This document shows, piece after piece, positions 54,153 through 64,000 of a stretch of DNA of 64,000 nucleotides; position 1 is the stretch's first letter, and each line of letters begins with the position of its first letter. The translations under genes were made by a program, and so were the position numbers. The notes under the pieces were generated by a model. That model saw nothing but the letters and a program-made list of their open reading frames with translations. It did not search any database and was not told the origin of the DNA. Source of the DNA: an uncultured Chloroflexia bacterium (GTDB lineage: Bacteria; Chloroflexota; Anaerolineae; JAAYZQ01). The DNA lies in the NCBI GenBank assembly GCA_963700285.1, contig CAVOXA010000009.1:294631-358630 (forward strand). The letters are read 5' to 3'.

Positions 54153-55226
54153 ATGACTGAAGATGTGTACCGAAGGCTAGCCGAGACGCTGGACGCCATT
54201 CCCAATGGCTTTCCGGCAACTGAAAGTGGTGTGGAGTTGCGGCTTCTGGCCAAGATCTTTAGCCCGGAGGAAGCGGCCTTGGCCTCCATGATGCATCTCA
54301 AGAAAGAGCCAGCCGACGAGATTGCAGCCCGCGCCGGCGAGGATCCAAAGGTTGTCCGTCGAACCTTAAAGGCGATGGTGCGCAAAGGCCAGATTCTGGT
54401 CGGGCGCAGGGACCGGCAACTGACCTTTGGGTTGATGCCCTTTGCCGTGGGCATCTATGAGGAGCAATTGCCCCGCCTCGACAAGGAGATGGCCGAGCTC
54501 TTTGAAGAGTACTTTATGGAGGCGCAGGGTTTCATCGCCAAGTATTCCCCGCCCATCCACCGCGTCGTGCCTGTGGAGGAAGCCATCCCGGCAAATATCG
54601 AGATCTATCCCTACGAACGGGCGACAGAGCTGTTGGAAAGAGCCAAGTCGTGGGGTGTGCGGGATTGCATCTGCCGCGTCCAGCAAAAGCTGGTCGGCAA
54701 GGGCTGCGACCGTCCGGTAGAGAACTGCTTGGTCTTTGCGCCAGTTGAGGGGATCTTTGCCGGCAACGAGACCACGCGGGCCATCACCAAGGAGGAAGCT
54801 TTGAGAATCCTCGGTGAGGCCGAGGATGCGGGGTTGGTCCATTCGCCGGGCAACTATCAGGATGGGAACCACTATATCTGTAACTGCTGTACCTGTTGTT
54901 GCGGCGTGCTACGGAGCATCTCTGAGTTTAGCGTTCCAAGCGCTGTGGCCAGTTCAGATTTCATGGCCGTCGTGGACGCCGAACTGTGTGCTGCTTGCGG
55001 TGACTGCCTGGAGCGCTGCCAGTTCGGGGCGATGGACCTGCCCGGGAACACGTGCCTGGTGGACGTTGGGCGCTGCGTGGGCTGCGGGCTATGCGTCCCG
55101 GTCTGCCCCACCGATGCGCTGAGGCTGGCACGCCGGCCCGAAGGCGAGATCCCACCGCCGCCGGCTGATTTCCGGGATTGGATGGGGCAGCGGGCTGAGG
55201 CGCGGGGGCTGACTGAAGTGCCCTAG
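54153..55226 (+). CDS. multi-cluster Fe-S protein (wHTH, Cys-rich core and 2x[4Fe-4S] ferredoxin)
   Basis: CICR...C...C; ICNCCTCCCG; CAACGDCLERC; CVGCGLCVPVCP. Confidence 0.85.
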   Translation: MTEDVYRRLAETLDAIPNGFPATESGVELRLLAKIFSPEEAALASMMHLKKEPADEIAARAGEDPKVVRRTLKAMVRKGQILVGRRDRQLTFGLMPFAVGIYEEQLPRLDKEMAELFEEYFMEAQGFIAKYSPPIHRVVPVEEAIPANIEIYPYERATELLERAKSWGVRDCICRVQQKLVGKGCDRPVENCLVFAPVEGIFAGNETTRAITKEEALRILGEAEDAGLVHSPGNYQDGNHYICNCCTCCCGVLRSISEFSVPSAVASSDFMAVVDAELCAACGDCLERCQFGAMDLPGNTCLVDVGRCVGCGLCVPVCPTDALRLARRPEGEIPPPPADFRDWMGQRAEARGLTEVP

Positions 55227-55367
55227 CCAAGGAGCTTTCCTCATCACCTTCATACCCTGGATATTCACTGCTTCTGGAACCGGCACAAACCAAAGGGCCC
55301 CAACCCATAAGATAGGCTGGGGCCCTCTGTGTGCGCCTGTTCTGCTCGCGTTCCTGCGATGGCTCAT

Positions 55368-57482
55368 TCAAGGAGCAGGTACCCCCTTGCTTTCCATCAT
55401 GGCCTCGCTCTGGGCACGGCCGAGCCCAACCTGCCAGCCGACGTTCTCCTCCATTGTCTCCAGGGGGTAAAGCTGGCTCATCGCGTCCCACCAGGTCAAG
55501 CCATCGGTCCGTTCATAGTGCCAGTACTCGGTGCCGTTGCTATCAACGTGCCAGTGATAGTCATCCTCAATGGCATAGGCCGCGATCCGCTCCCAGCCAT
55601 GGCGCTTGCCGCTGGCTGTGATATCCGCAAAGTACCCGGACGGGATGGGCAGCCGCTTGCCGCCAGCTTCATAGGCATCAGGTTCCGAGTCGGGAACGAT
55701 GTGCCACCAGTATAACCACGGATTCTCCTTGAGCGGCTCCCCCTGGGTACCGTCCTGCCTGGCCGAACGCAGGTACATGCGCCAGTAAACGTTCTCGCCC
55801 AAATCCTCGCGGGATCGCAGCATCTGATCTACGCCATCAACCTTGTATTCCAGGGGCAAGTCCAGCGCGCGGCCTGCTTTGTGCCAGCTAAGATAGCCAT
55901 AGTCCCAGGCATACATCTCTTTGTTCCGCAACTGGCTGATGGAACGCCACGCGCCCAAGGTCATGTGCAGCAGGTCCCAGCCGCTGCTCTCGAGGATATC
56001 CTCTTGCCAGGCCAGCAGCGAGGGCGAAACCAGTTCACTGACGCGGACAGGCTCCTGGGAAAAGCTGGCCATGATGCTGGGCACCTGTACCACCTGGGCC
56101 AGCTCACCCGGCACCAAGGTAGGTTCCGCCGGCAGTGGGGGAGGTTCTGGGGGCAGATGCGCAGCCAGCCCCTCCAGCGGGAATCCCTGCAGCGGCGCGG
56201 GTACTGGCCGACGATCATCCGCGTCTGACCCGGTCAGGCGCTCGGGACCATCTGCGGCCATCCAATAGAGGTGATAGTCGCCGGGGCGATAGGGGTCGTA
56301 GGTCTCAAAGGGCGCGCCTGGATCGTAAGCCGCCCAGAGCAGCCGCCCGCTGGCATCCCAGGCCGGATCAAGATCGGGCCAGGGGTTATCGGTGAGGCGC
56401 TTTGTCGCGCCATCCGCCAAGAACACCTCATAGATCTCGGCATTACGATTGCCAGTCTCAGCATCCACATCGCGCCAGGAGACAAAAGCCAGCACGTCCC
56501 TGTCTGCGGTTGAACCAGGCATCCAGGCCGGATCCTCATCGTCGGCGGGGTGCTGGGTCAGATTGGTGGCTTCGCCGCCTTCCGCCGGGACGAGATAGAT
56601 CTCTTTGTTTCCATCCCGCCAACTGGTGAAGGCGATGGATTGTCCATCTGGGCTCCAGGCCGGGCCATAGTCACCATCCGGATGCTCTGTCAGGCGGTGC
56701 GGTACGCCTCCCGTGCCTGCCACTGTGTAGATCTCTAGATTTCCATCCCGATAGCTCTCAAACACAACTTTAGCACCGTCAGGACTCCAAGACGGCGCAC
56801 CATCATAGGCCAGGTCATCGGTCAGACGGGTGATAGAGCCATCCGATAGAGCAAGGACATAGATCTCCCAGTTTCCGTCGCGGTGGGATTCGAAAGCGAC
56901 GGCGCCTCCATCGGGACGCCAGGCAGGGGCACGGTCGTCAGCGGCGTTGCGGGTCAGGTTCAAGAGTCCTCCACGCTCTGCGTCAAGCAGATAGATCTCG
57001 CTGTTGCCGTCACGGTAGGACTCGAAGGCGATCAGGTTCCCAACAGGTACGGGGGCCAGGGTCGGCGTAGTTGTTGGCGTCGGCGTGGCAGAGGGTCTAG
57101 GTGTGGGCGTGTCGGTGGGTCTGGGTGTGGGCGTGTCGGTGGGCATAAGGGCTGAGGTAAGCGTTGCGGTTGGTTTTGGAGTATGGGTTGGCTTTGCAGG
57201 CTCCGTTATTGTTGGTTCTGAAAGCACTGTAGGCCGGGTATCCCTGCCCGGCTTCACGGTTTCTGTAGCCAGAGTTTCTTGAGCGACGTCGGACGGCGGT
57301 ATCAAGGCGGAACCGCAGCCAGCCAGGGCCAAGGAGAGCGCAAGCATCAGGAAAAGCGGCTGTGCCCATATGGAGACAGAAATAGACTCCCTCCTGTCAT
57401 GCCCGTGCCTTGCCTTCAGTACCTGTCGTTTACTCAAGATCCATATCCTTGACGTACTCGGGTTGAGCGTAGTCCCATCCAA
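55368..57482 (-). CDS. lipoprotein with PD40/TolB-like repeats and C-terminal M15-like metallopeptidase domain (start uncertain)
   Basis: LAGC lipobox, PT linker, PxWSPDG/RDGNxEIY repeats, SWHKAGRALD...EYWH. Confidence 0.8.
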   Translation of the reverse strand: MDGTTLNPSTSRIWILSKRQVLKARHGHDRRESISVSIWAQPLFLMLALSLALAGCGSALIPPSDVAQETLATETVKPGRDTRPTVLSEPTITEPAKPTHTPKPTATLTSALMPTDTPTPRPTDTPTPRPSATPTPTTTPTLAPVPVGNLIAFESYRDGNSEIYLLDAERGGLLNLTRNAADDRAPAWRPDGGAVAFESHRDGNWEIYVLALSDGSITRLTDDLAYDGAPSWSPDGAKVVFESYRDGNLEIYTVAGTGGVPHRLTEHPDGDYGPAWSPDGQSIAFTSWRDGNKEIYLVPAEGGEATNLTQHPADDEDPAWMPGSTADRDVLAFVSWRDVDAETGNRNAEIYEVFLADGATKRLTDNPWPDLDPAWDASGRLLWAAYDPGAPFETYDPYRPGDYHLYWMAADGPERLTGSDADDRRPVPAPLQGFPLEGLAAHLPPEPPPLPAEPTLVPGELAQVVQVPSIMASFSQEPVRVSELVSPSLLAWQEDILESSGWDLLHMTLGAWRSISQLRNKEMYAWDYGYLSWHKAGRALDLPLEYKVDGVDQMLRSREDLGENVYWRMYLRSARQDGTQGEPLKENPWLYWWHIVPDSEPDAYEAGGKRLPIPSGYFADITASGKRHGWERIAAYAIEDDYHWHVDSNGTEYWHYERTDGLTWWDAMSQLYPLETMEENVGWQVGLGRAQSEAMMESKGVPAP

Positions 57483-57626
57483 GCTCGTAGCAGCCCTGTT
57501 CCACCCAGAAACGAAAGCTGGAAGGGGGCCAGCCTTCAGGCTTCTCTATAAGGCCCTGATAGAATCCCGCCCTACGTGGAATGGGTCTGGTCTCCGAGCT
57601 GAGAAAGGGAGCGCAGCCCAGGTTTC

Positions 57627-58466
57627 CTAGTAAACTCCACCAGGGAAGGTATCCACCCCGGCATGCTTTCCCACGCGTTTGTACATTTTGATCCCATGCC
57701 ATGGCTCTCCCAAGATGCCATCGTGGATGGCCCAGCTTCGCCCCCGTATCGTACGCCAGGCGTCGGGCTGGCGGAAGGGCGTCGATCCGTCGAGCGCCTC
57801 GCACAGCAGCGCGCCCGGCTGGAAGCCCCGGTGGATCCATTCCATCTTGCGCTTGCCCTGTACATAGCTGCACCCCAACCGCTCAAAGAGGATGGCGGTA
57901 TGGTAGGTCAAGGGCTCCATCAGATAGTAGTCGTGGCCCAACCGGCTCACAAACTGCTCAAACATGGGAATCAGGGTGCGGCTTAGACGCAGACCCTGCC
58001 GCACCTGACCCGGAGCCAGCCCTGCTTCCATCGCCCGTACTTCCGCAGGCAGGTTGCGCCGGAAGGTACCAAATTTGGTACGCTGTCCCCGCCAATCACG
58101 ATCCGTCTCAAAACGTTCGGCCTTGGGGTCATTCACCATGAAAAGGGCTACTTCGATCTGATTCAGGGGTGTGTCGTTGAGTTCCAGGTAGAGCAAGGGG
58201 TCAGGAAAACCAACCTCGGGCCGGATATCTACTTCCACCATGTGGCTACCTTCTGGGCAGGTGAAGGTGACCAGCCGGTTTCCCTGGGCATCGCACAGCG
58301 TGTCGAGATCGATACCATACGTCACCAGGAGCGAAGAGAGTAGCAGGTGGCGGTAGATGGCCTCCTTTTCTGGAACTGGCAGGCCGTTCACCTGATGCAG
58401 CGAATAGAGGCGTATTCCACCTGCGACAAACGGCTCCAAGTTGACCTGGGCCGATTCCTCCGTCAC
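57627..58466 (-). CDS. conserved hypothetical protein, possibly GNAT-like, coupled to smpB
   Basis: 4-bp overlap with the smpB stop; QVRQGLRL...AILFERLG resemble GNAT motifs A and B. Confidence 0.6.
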   Translation of the reverse strand: MTEESAQVNLEPFVAGGIRLYSLHQVNGLPVPEKEAIYRHLLLSSLLVTYGIDLDTLCDAQGNRLVTFTCPEGSHMVEVDIRPEVGFPDPLLYLELNDTPLNQIEVALFMVNDPKAERFETDRDWRGQRTKFGTFRRNLPAEVRAMEAGLAPGQVRQGLRLSRTLIPMFEQFVSRLGHDYYLMEPLTYHTAILFERLGCSYVQGKRKMEWIHRGFQPGALLCEALDGSTPFRQPDAWRTIRGRSWAIHDGILGEPWHGIKMYKRVGKHAGVDTFPGGVY

Positions 58467-58918
58467 CGATAGCGTTCCTTGACGGCCCGATCCACCTGGC
58501 GCTGCGCGTCGCGATTGGCAATCGTCTGGCGCTTGTCGTACTGCCTTTTACCCCGGACCAGCGCAATCTCTATCTTGGCCCGACCATCCTTCAGGTACAA
58601 CCTGGAAGGCACCACGGTGTAGCCCTTCTCCTGAACCCTGCCCCGCAGGCGATCGATCTCGCGCCGGTGCAGGAGCAGCTTGCGCCTGCGCCTGGGTTCG
58701 TGGTTCTGCTGGCTGGCCTGGTCGTAGGTAGCGATGTGGACATCAACCAACCACGCCTCACCCCCTTCGAACGACACGTAGCCCTCCTGCAGGCTCACGC
58801 GCCCGGCCCGGATCGACTTGATCTCGGTACCTTGCAGCACCAACCCTGCCTCGAAGGTATCATGAAAATGGTACTCGTGACGCGCTTTGCGGTTGGTGGC
58901 AATAACCTTGATACTCAT
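58463..58918 (-). CDS. smpB: SsrA-binding protein
   Basis: NRKARHEY, EAGLVLQGTEIKSIR, RKLLLHRREI, GKRQYDKR. Confidence 0.98.
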   Translation of the reverse strand: MSIKVIATNRKARHEYHFHDTFEAGLVLQGTEIKSIRAGRVSLQEGYVSFEGGEAWLVDVHIATYDQASQQNHEPRRRRKLLLHRREIDRLRGRVQEKGYTVVPSRLYLKDGRAKIEIALVRGKRQYDKRQTIANRDAQRQVDRAVKERYR

Positions 58919-58964
58919 AGTTCTTCTCACCAAAGTCAGGGAAGAAATCCCGACCTACGTAGAC

Positions 58965-60248
58965 TTAATCTCCTGTCAGGAGATACTCTACCGCCCGGTC
59001 CAACTGCGGATCCAATTCGGCCTCAAAGTCCTCCTCGGTTATTTCAACCTCAATATCCGGCTCTAGTCCCTCGCCGTGGATGGCGCGGTCATTGGGCGTG
59101 AACCAGCGGGCTACCGTCACGCGCATTTCAGCGCCATTACTCAGTTCGTGAGGCCACTGCACCGAGCCCTTACCAAAGGTCTTCTCACCAATGAGCACTG
59201 CTCGCTTGTGATCCTGTAGGGCCCCAGCCACGATCTCTGATGCACTGGCAGAGCCGCCATCCACAAGCACGACCATGGGGATGTCGGGAGCAGCCGGCCG
59301 GTTCGGCGCCTCGTAAGTCTGCTCTGTGCCATCTTTGAAACGCTCAATCAGCACCAGCGCGTCCTTGCTCAGGAACAAGCCCGAAGTCTCCACCGCCTCA
59401 TTCAGCCAGCCTCCGGGATTCCCCCGCAGATCGAGGATCAGGCCCTTGGGGTCCTGCTCAAGCAGATCCTCAATCGCTGCCTCCAACTTGGCAGTGGCGT
59501 CAGAGCTAAAGTCGAAAAGGCTTACATAGGCGATGCCATCTTCCCGCATCTCTGATTCCACCACCGGGATGTCGATCTGAGCACGGATGATCTCTACCTC
59601 AAACTCCTCTTGACCTTCCCGCACGATGGTCAGCACGACCGGCGTGCCGGCCTCCCCCCGGATGAGGGCGATGGCTTCATAGACACTCATATTCTCTATG
59701 ACTATGTCATCTACCTGGAGCACAATATCGCCCCGGCGCACGCCAGCCTTTTCTGCAGGATGATCCCTGAAGGTATTCACGATCATCAGCCGGCCGTCGC
59801 GCATCGTCACATAGGCGCCTATTCCTTGAAAGGAGCCCGTATCATCCTCACGGTTGATTTCCGCGATTTCGGGACTGATGAACGCTGTAAATGGGTCCCC
59901 CAGAGTATTGACGGCGCCACGGATGGCACCATAGGTCATCTCATCATCATTAGGGATGGCGCCATAGTAGTCGCGCTCTATCAGACGCCACGCCTCCCAA
60001 AACAACTGGAAAGCCTCATCCTCCTCAGCACCGGGAGCACTCTCGCTGCTGTCCACAGGCGACGCTTCTGAGGACGTGAAGGGCTCGTCCCCAGGCATCG
60101 TATCCACTTCCAGCACCAACGTCTCCTCGGGTTCTGCAGCGAGCATGACCGTGTGGGTAAGGAATCCCGCGGCAAAACCCAGGGCACCCACAACAAGGGC
60201 GACCAACGCGACCAATACAATGATGTTGCAACTCGTGGACTTGGACAT
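58965..60248 (-). CDS. S41 C-terminal processing protease (PDZ)
   Basis: GIGA, LDLRGNPGG, SASASEIVAGALQD, TFGKGSVQ. Confidence 0.95.
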   Translation of the reverse strand: MSKSTSCNIIVLVALVALVVGALGFAAGFLTHTVMLAAEPEETLVLEVDTMPGDEPFTSSEASPVDSSESAPGAEEDEAFQLFWEAWRLIERDYYGAIPNDDEMTYGAIRGAVNTLGDPFTAFISPEIAEINREDDTGSFQGIGAYVTMRDGRLMIVNTFRDHPAEKAGVRRGDIVLQVDDIVIENMSVYEAIALIRGEAGTPVVLTIVREGQEEFEVEIIRAQIDIPVVESEMREDGIAYVSLFDFSSDATAKLEAAIEDLLEQDPKGLILDLRGNPGGWLNEAVETSGLFLSKDALVLIERFKDGTEQTYEAPNRPAAPDIPMVVLVDGGSASASEIVAGALQDHKRAVLIGEKTFGKGSVQWPHELSNGAEMRVTVARWFTPNDRAIHGEGLEPDIEVEITEEDFEAELDPQLDRAVEYLLTGD

Positions 60249-60380
60249 ACTGTCTCTCCGTCTCGTCTATGCTGCAGACCGACTCACCGGCCGGTCCTGG
60301 GGACCAGCTCTACCCCCGGGCACGAGGGCTCGCGCGAGACATGCAGCTTTCCATCTAGCATCCATTCTGGACAAAATCTG

Positions 60381-61577
60381 TTACTGCCCGGTCGTCAAGT
60401 GCTCGATAGCGCGCTCAAGCTGTGGATCATGTCCCTGACTTCTGTCGTCATCGGTGATGGGCACATCCAGATCGGGCATGAGTCCTTCGCCGTCGATCTG
60501 CCGGCGATTGGGGGTGATCCACTTGGCATAGGTGATATGCACGGACGAGCCATCGCTCAGATCGTGCACCGATTGCACCGATCCCTTCCCATAGGTCTTC
60601 TGCCCAATCAGAACAGCGCGACCGCGGTCCTGCAAGGCACCAGCCACAATCTCGGATGCGCTGGCCGAGCCACCATCTACGAGGAGGACCATGGGTGCAC
60701 TTGCGAATTTTGCGCCCATCTTGACCTGAAATGGCTCGTCATCTGCTGCCTTCTCGACCTGATAAGCGACCACACCGTCACGCAGGAATTCGCTGGTCAC
60801 GTCGATGGCCGCGTCCAACAGACCGCCGCCATTGCCCCGCAGATCGAGAACCAGATGGGTCATGCCCTGGTCCTGCAATTCCTCAAGGGCATCCTCAAGC
60901 TCGGTATCGGTCCGCCCGCTAAAGATGCCAATACGCACATAGCCAACACCCTCGGCTTCTTCGAGCATACGCCATTCAACGGAGGGTGTGGGAATCTCCT
61001 GACGGGTAACCTCGACCTCAACCGGCTCAGCCTCTCCCTCACGTCGCAATGTCAGGCGGACAGCCGAACCGATCTCACCTCGGACCAAGATCACCACCTC
61101 GTCTACGGTCATCTCGGCTGTAATCTCGGTGTCGTCCACCTTGATCACGGCATCGCCCTCCTGTACGCCTGCCTGGTCGGCAGGAAGATCAGGCATGGGA
61201 TCCAGGATGATGCTACCGTCTTCGGCCTTGGAGACGTACGCACCGATACCTCCAAACCGGCCGCTCAGGTCTTCTTTCTCCCGCTGGCGGGGCTGAGGCT
61301 CAAGAAAGGTAGTATGCGGATCCTCAAGGGTAGTCAGTGCTCCCCGGATAGCTCCCCAGGCAACACGCTGCATGTTGGGTAGGTCGCCAAAGAAACGACC
61401 CTCGACCAGGTGCCATGCCTCCCAGAAAACACCAAACTCCGATGCCTCCTCAGCATCGGCCGTCTTGTCGTGCAGCAAAAGCCACGCTGTTCCAACACCC
61501 AGGCCATAGGCGCCAATGACCATGCCTGTGATTATCAGGGCCAAAAGAAAGATCTTGATTGTCCGACCGGTAAGCAT
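60381..61577 (-). CDS. S41 C-terminal processing protease (PDZ), tandem paralog
   Basis: GGIGA, LDLRGNGGG, SASASEIVAGALQD, TYGKGSVQ. Confidence 0.95.
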   Translation of the reverse strand: MLTGRTIKIFLLALIITGMVIGAYGLGVGTAWLLLHDKTADAEEASEFGVFWEAWHLVEGRFFGDLPNMQRVAWGAIRGALTTLEDPHTTFLEPQPRQREKEDLSGRFGGIGAYVSKAEDGSIILDPMPDLPADQAGVQEGDAVIKVDDTEITAEMTVDEVVILVRGEIGSAVRLTLRREGEAEPVEVEVTRQEIPTPSVEWRMLEEAEGVGYVRIGIFSGRTDTELEDALEELQDQGMTHLVLDLRGNGGGLLDAAIDVTSEFLRDGVVAYQVEKAADDEPFQVKMGAKFASAPMVLLVDGGSASASEIVAGALQDRGRAVLIGQKTYGKGSVQSVHDLSDGSSVHITYAKWITPNRRQIDGEGLMPDLDVPITDDDRSQGHDPQLERAIEHLTTGQ

Positions 61578-61845
61578 CTGGTTATCTGTGCCTTCAACAA
61601 AAATACCGGGGGCTGGGCCCCCTCTTGAGCGATCATTGTATCACATTCGGAACAAAAGACAGTGGTAGTGACTACAATACGCCAGCGACTCCGGCCATGA
61701 ACTGGCGAATTATACCCCAGAAACTAGGCCAAAGCAAGCACACGCGGGAGAGATGGCAGGTGGGGGTACTGGGGATGTGGCGTCAGCATGGGCAATGGGC
61801 CCACCGGTCCAAGGGCGCAGGCCATGATCCATGTCACCGGCCAAG

Positions 61846-62370
61846 TCAAGTGTTGGGTCCTCCTTCGATCTTCCAACACAGGCCCTCGTCCGTTTCGTAG
61901 TAGATCTTCATGCCAGCCTTGATCAGCACGCGGTTGGAGGCGATATTGTCCTTCAGTGTATCGGCCAAGACCAACCGGCAGGCGGGATCTTGGAAAGCCC
62001 AGGCAATAAGGGCCTTCACCGCCTCAGTCGTGTAGCCCCGGTTGCGGTAGGCGAGATCGATGCCATAGCCGATCTCCACCTCACCGCATTCGTCTGGTTC
62101 ACCCTTGAAGCCAGCGAGGCCTGCACCGTAGCGCTCGGCAGCGATCACTACCAACCAGAACGTGTACCAGGGATGCGACTCTGTTCCTGATTCGGACATT
62201 GTTTTGGTCTTGAATCCAGTAGCCCGCCGAGCCGGGGCGTCCACGAGACGAGGAGAGATGGAGACCCCCAGTTCCCGCCCTAACCGCCCAGGGTCCTCGA
62301 GACACAGGTCCAGTTGAGCCAGCGTCAGGGCCACCAACCGCAAGCGTTTTGTCTGTATCTCGGCCTTCAT
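61846..62370 (-). CDS. RimJ/RimL-type GNAT acetyltransferase
   Basis: IQTKRLRL, EIGYGI...YRNRGYTTEA, NIASNRVL. Confidence 0.9.
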   Translation of the reverse strand: MKAEIQTKRLRLVALTLAQLDLCLEDPGRLGRELGVSISPRLVDAPARRATGFKTKTMSESGTESHPWYTFWLVVIAAERYGAGLAGFKGEPDECGEVEIGYGIDLAYRNRGYTTEAVKALIAWAFQDPACRLVLADTLKDNIASNRVLIKAGMKIYYETDEGLCWKIEGGPNT

Positions 62371-62577
62371 GATTGTCCTACTCTGGTCAAGGGCGATCCG
62401 TCTCCCATGCAGACTAACTCCAGGTGCGTTGCACTCGGCCGCCAGTCCTGTTTCGCGTACAGCCGCTGGCCGCCAGGGGCAAAGACGTAGCCACCTCCAG
62501 GAAAGTCCTCACAGACCCCGAATACACTTTGATTGCTTTTGCCAGGCTGAGCCTTTTCGCCATCCCCCGCCAGCAGC

Positions 62578-64000
62578 CTAACCTGCTGGGGCGATGGGAA
62601 GCTCAATGAAGGAGGCATGGCTGGCACCACGAAGCACACGAATCCCGGGCGGCGGGTTAAGGGCCGGCGTCTCAAAGTTGTCCGCGTCAGCGCAGGTGAT
62701 GGTCAGCCGGATGCGATTGCCTTTTCGAAACAGCTTGGAGGTCGGCAAGAGGTCAAATACAAGCTCCACCGACTCTCCAGCAGGGATCAGGGTCACATCT
62801 TCCTCGTAGCTGCGGTGGTAGGGCAGCCCCATGTTGTCAAAGGATGGCTCGTTGAGCCGCCGGTGCGATGCCCTCAGATTGCCTTCGGTGATGTACCATG
62901 CCCTGCCATCAGGCGGGACCTCTTCGAGGTAAGCGAAAACGTCCAGGTCAGGGACATCCGCGGCGATCCAGAGGTGCACGACGGGGTGACCCGTGACCAC
63001 GATGTCACCGTCGAGGGGAGGCGTCGTATAGGTCAGCCCTTTGTCGTCGTTGGCACGCAGTGCGGGATACCCGCCGTCCTTCAGGACCGCAGACCATCTG
63101 GCGTGGGCGCCACTGGTCGTTGAATAGTCGACGGTATAGGCATCAAAAGTCTCTGGTTCACCGGGTGGCTGGAGGTACAGGCCCCCGTCGTTTGCAGAAG
63201 CCACGCTGCCGGTTCTTCCCTCAGCCAGATAGAAGCGCCGGACCTGCTGGTCGGGCAGCGGCCACTGCTCAGACGTTCGCCAGACGCTGCTATCCTTCGA
63301 ACCCATGACATAGTAGTGGATGGGCGGCTCATCCATGATGCCGTTGTCGATGCCCTTGAGCCAGTAGTCGAACCAGCGATGCACCTCAGCAGCAAAGTCG
63401 AGGTCCCGTTGAAACTTGCCCATCTTGTTGTGGAAGAGCGGGCGGATGTGGAGACGATGCGGCACGGTCAGATTTCTGTGCCATAGCAATCCATCGCGGG
63501 AGAAAAGATCGAACCAGCCTACCGAGTTGTAGACAGCGACCCCCGAGCGGTTGATCTGGTCCAGGAGATTGTACAGGCCCTGATCTTCCCAGAGCTTACC
63601 GCCTCTGGGGTGCGGACTGGCGCTGTCGCGATAGGGAACCTGTTTGAAGCTCCTGGCGGTCACGTTGCTCAGCGTCCGCTCACCGCGTTCCTCAAGGATT
63701 TCTGCGAGCTGCGCGCCACCGGCATCGCTGTCTACAGGTACGATCATCTTTTCCAGGATGCCCGTGGACCCAGAAAGCACACTGGCAAAACCGGTACAGT
63801 ACACCCCACCCGGATAGATGACACTGCTGTACATGTCAAAGCTACTGGCGCAGGGCAGAATGGCCTTCAGGTGGGGATTGCAGGTACTGGCCGCGGCGTA
63901 TTGAGCCATGGCCACCATGGAGGAGCCGATCATGCCGATGTTGCCGTCACACCAGGGTTGGGCCGCGATCCAATTCAGGATTGCGTCCGCCTCACCGGCG
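62578..64000 (-). CDS. CocE/NonD-family hydrolase (S15-like), 5' part outside the window
   Basis: QPWCDGNIGMIGSSM nucleophile elbow, GWFD, RWFDYWLKG, and a PepX_C-like C-terminal domain. Confidence 0.9.
   Translation of the reverse strand, partial: AGEADAILNWIAAQPWCDGNIGMIGSSMVAMAQYAAASTCNPHLKAILPCASSFDMYSSVIYPGGVYCTGFASVLSGSTGILEKMIVPVDSDAGGAQLAEILEERGERTLSNVTARSFKQVPYRDSASPHPRGGKLWEDQGLYNLLDQINRSGVAVYNSVGWFDLFSRDGLLWHRNLTVPHRLHIRPLFHNKMGKFQRDLDFAAEVHRWFDYWLKGIDNGIMDEPPIHYYVMGSKDSSVWRTSEQWPLPDQQVRRFYLAEGRTGSVASANDGGLYLQPPGEPETFDAYTVDYSTTSGAHARWSAVLKDGGYPALRANDDKGLTYTTPPLDGDIVVTGHPVVHLWIAADVPDLDVFAYLEEVPPDGRAWYITEGNLRASHRRLNEPSFDNMGLPYHRSYEEDVTLIPAGESVELVFDLLPTSKLFRKGNRIRLTITCADADNFETPALNPPPGIRVLRGASHASFIELPIAPAG

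Noticed and set aside
57483-58965. tmRNA gene near smpB
   Set aside because: No GGGG 5' end or TCCACCA 3' end, and no intergenic space large enough.

Overview
GC-rich bacterial chromosomal window; gene content and repeats suggest Chloroflexota/Anaerolineae (inference). Mostly housekeeping: complete H+-type F1Fo ATP synthase operon with mreB, rex, mutS, glgA, add, smpB, two CtpA proteases, a two-component system, rubrerythrin and several GNATs. An accessory block at about 13.1-22.9 kb holds a decayed IS1634-like element, an intact ISH3-like element, a truncated and frameshifted Type IIG R-M gene and a broken S74-chaperone glycine-repeat surface protein. Most notable: (1) chlI/chlD-type chelatase halves joined by an A9G slippery site in the -1 frame; (2) the atp operon is split between atpA and atpG by a lipoprotein gene and an 8 x 54-bp tandem array built from a REP-like element seen elsewhere in the window; (3) a promoter/operator/leader-ORF/twin-hairpin attenuator-like module at 6.36-6.65 kb; (4) an SOS-box-like site in the promoter of a DNA-repair radical SAM gene; (5) a CtaA homolog that appears to lack most heme-ligand histidines; (6) a PD40-M15 peptidase fusion lipoprotein; (7) several unrelated families of short palindromic intergenic repeats. 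Scattered single-base frameshifts may be assembly errors. I recognised no tRNA, rRNA, tmRNA or CRISPR array. All calls come from reading the sequence; no searches were run.
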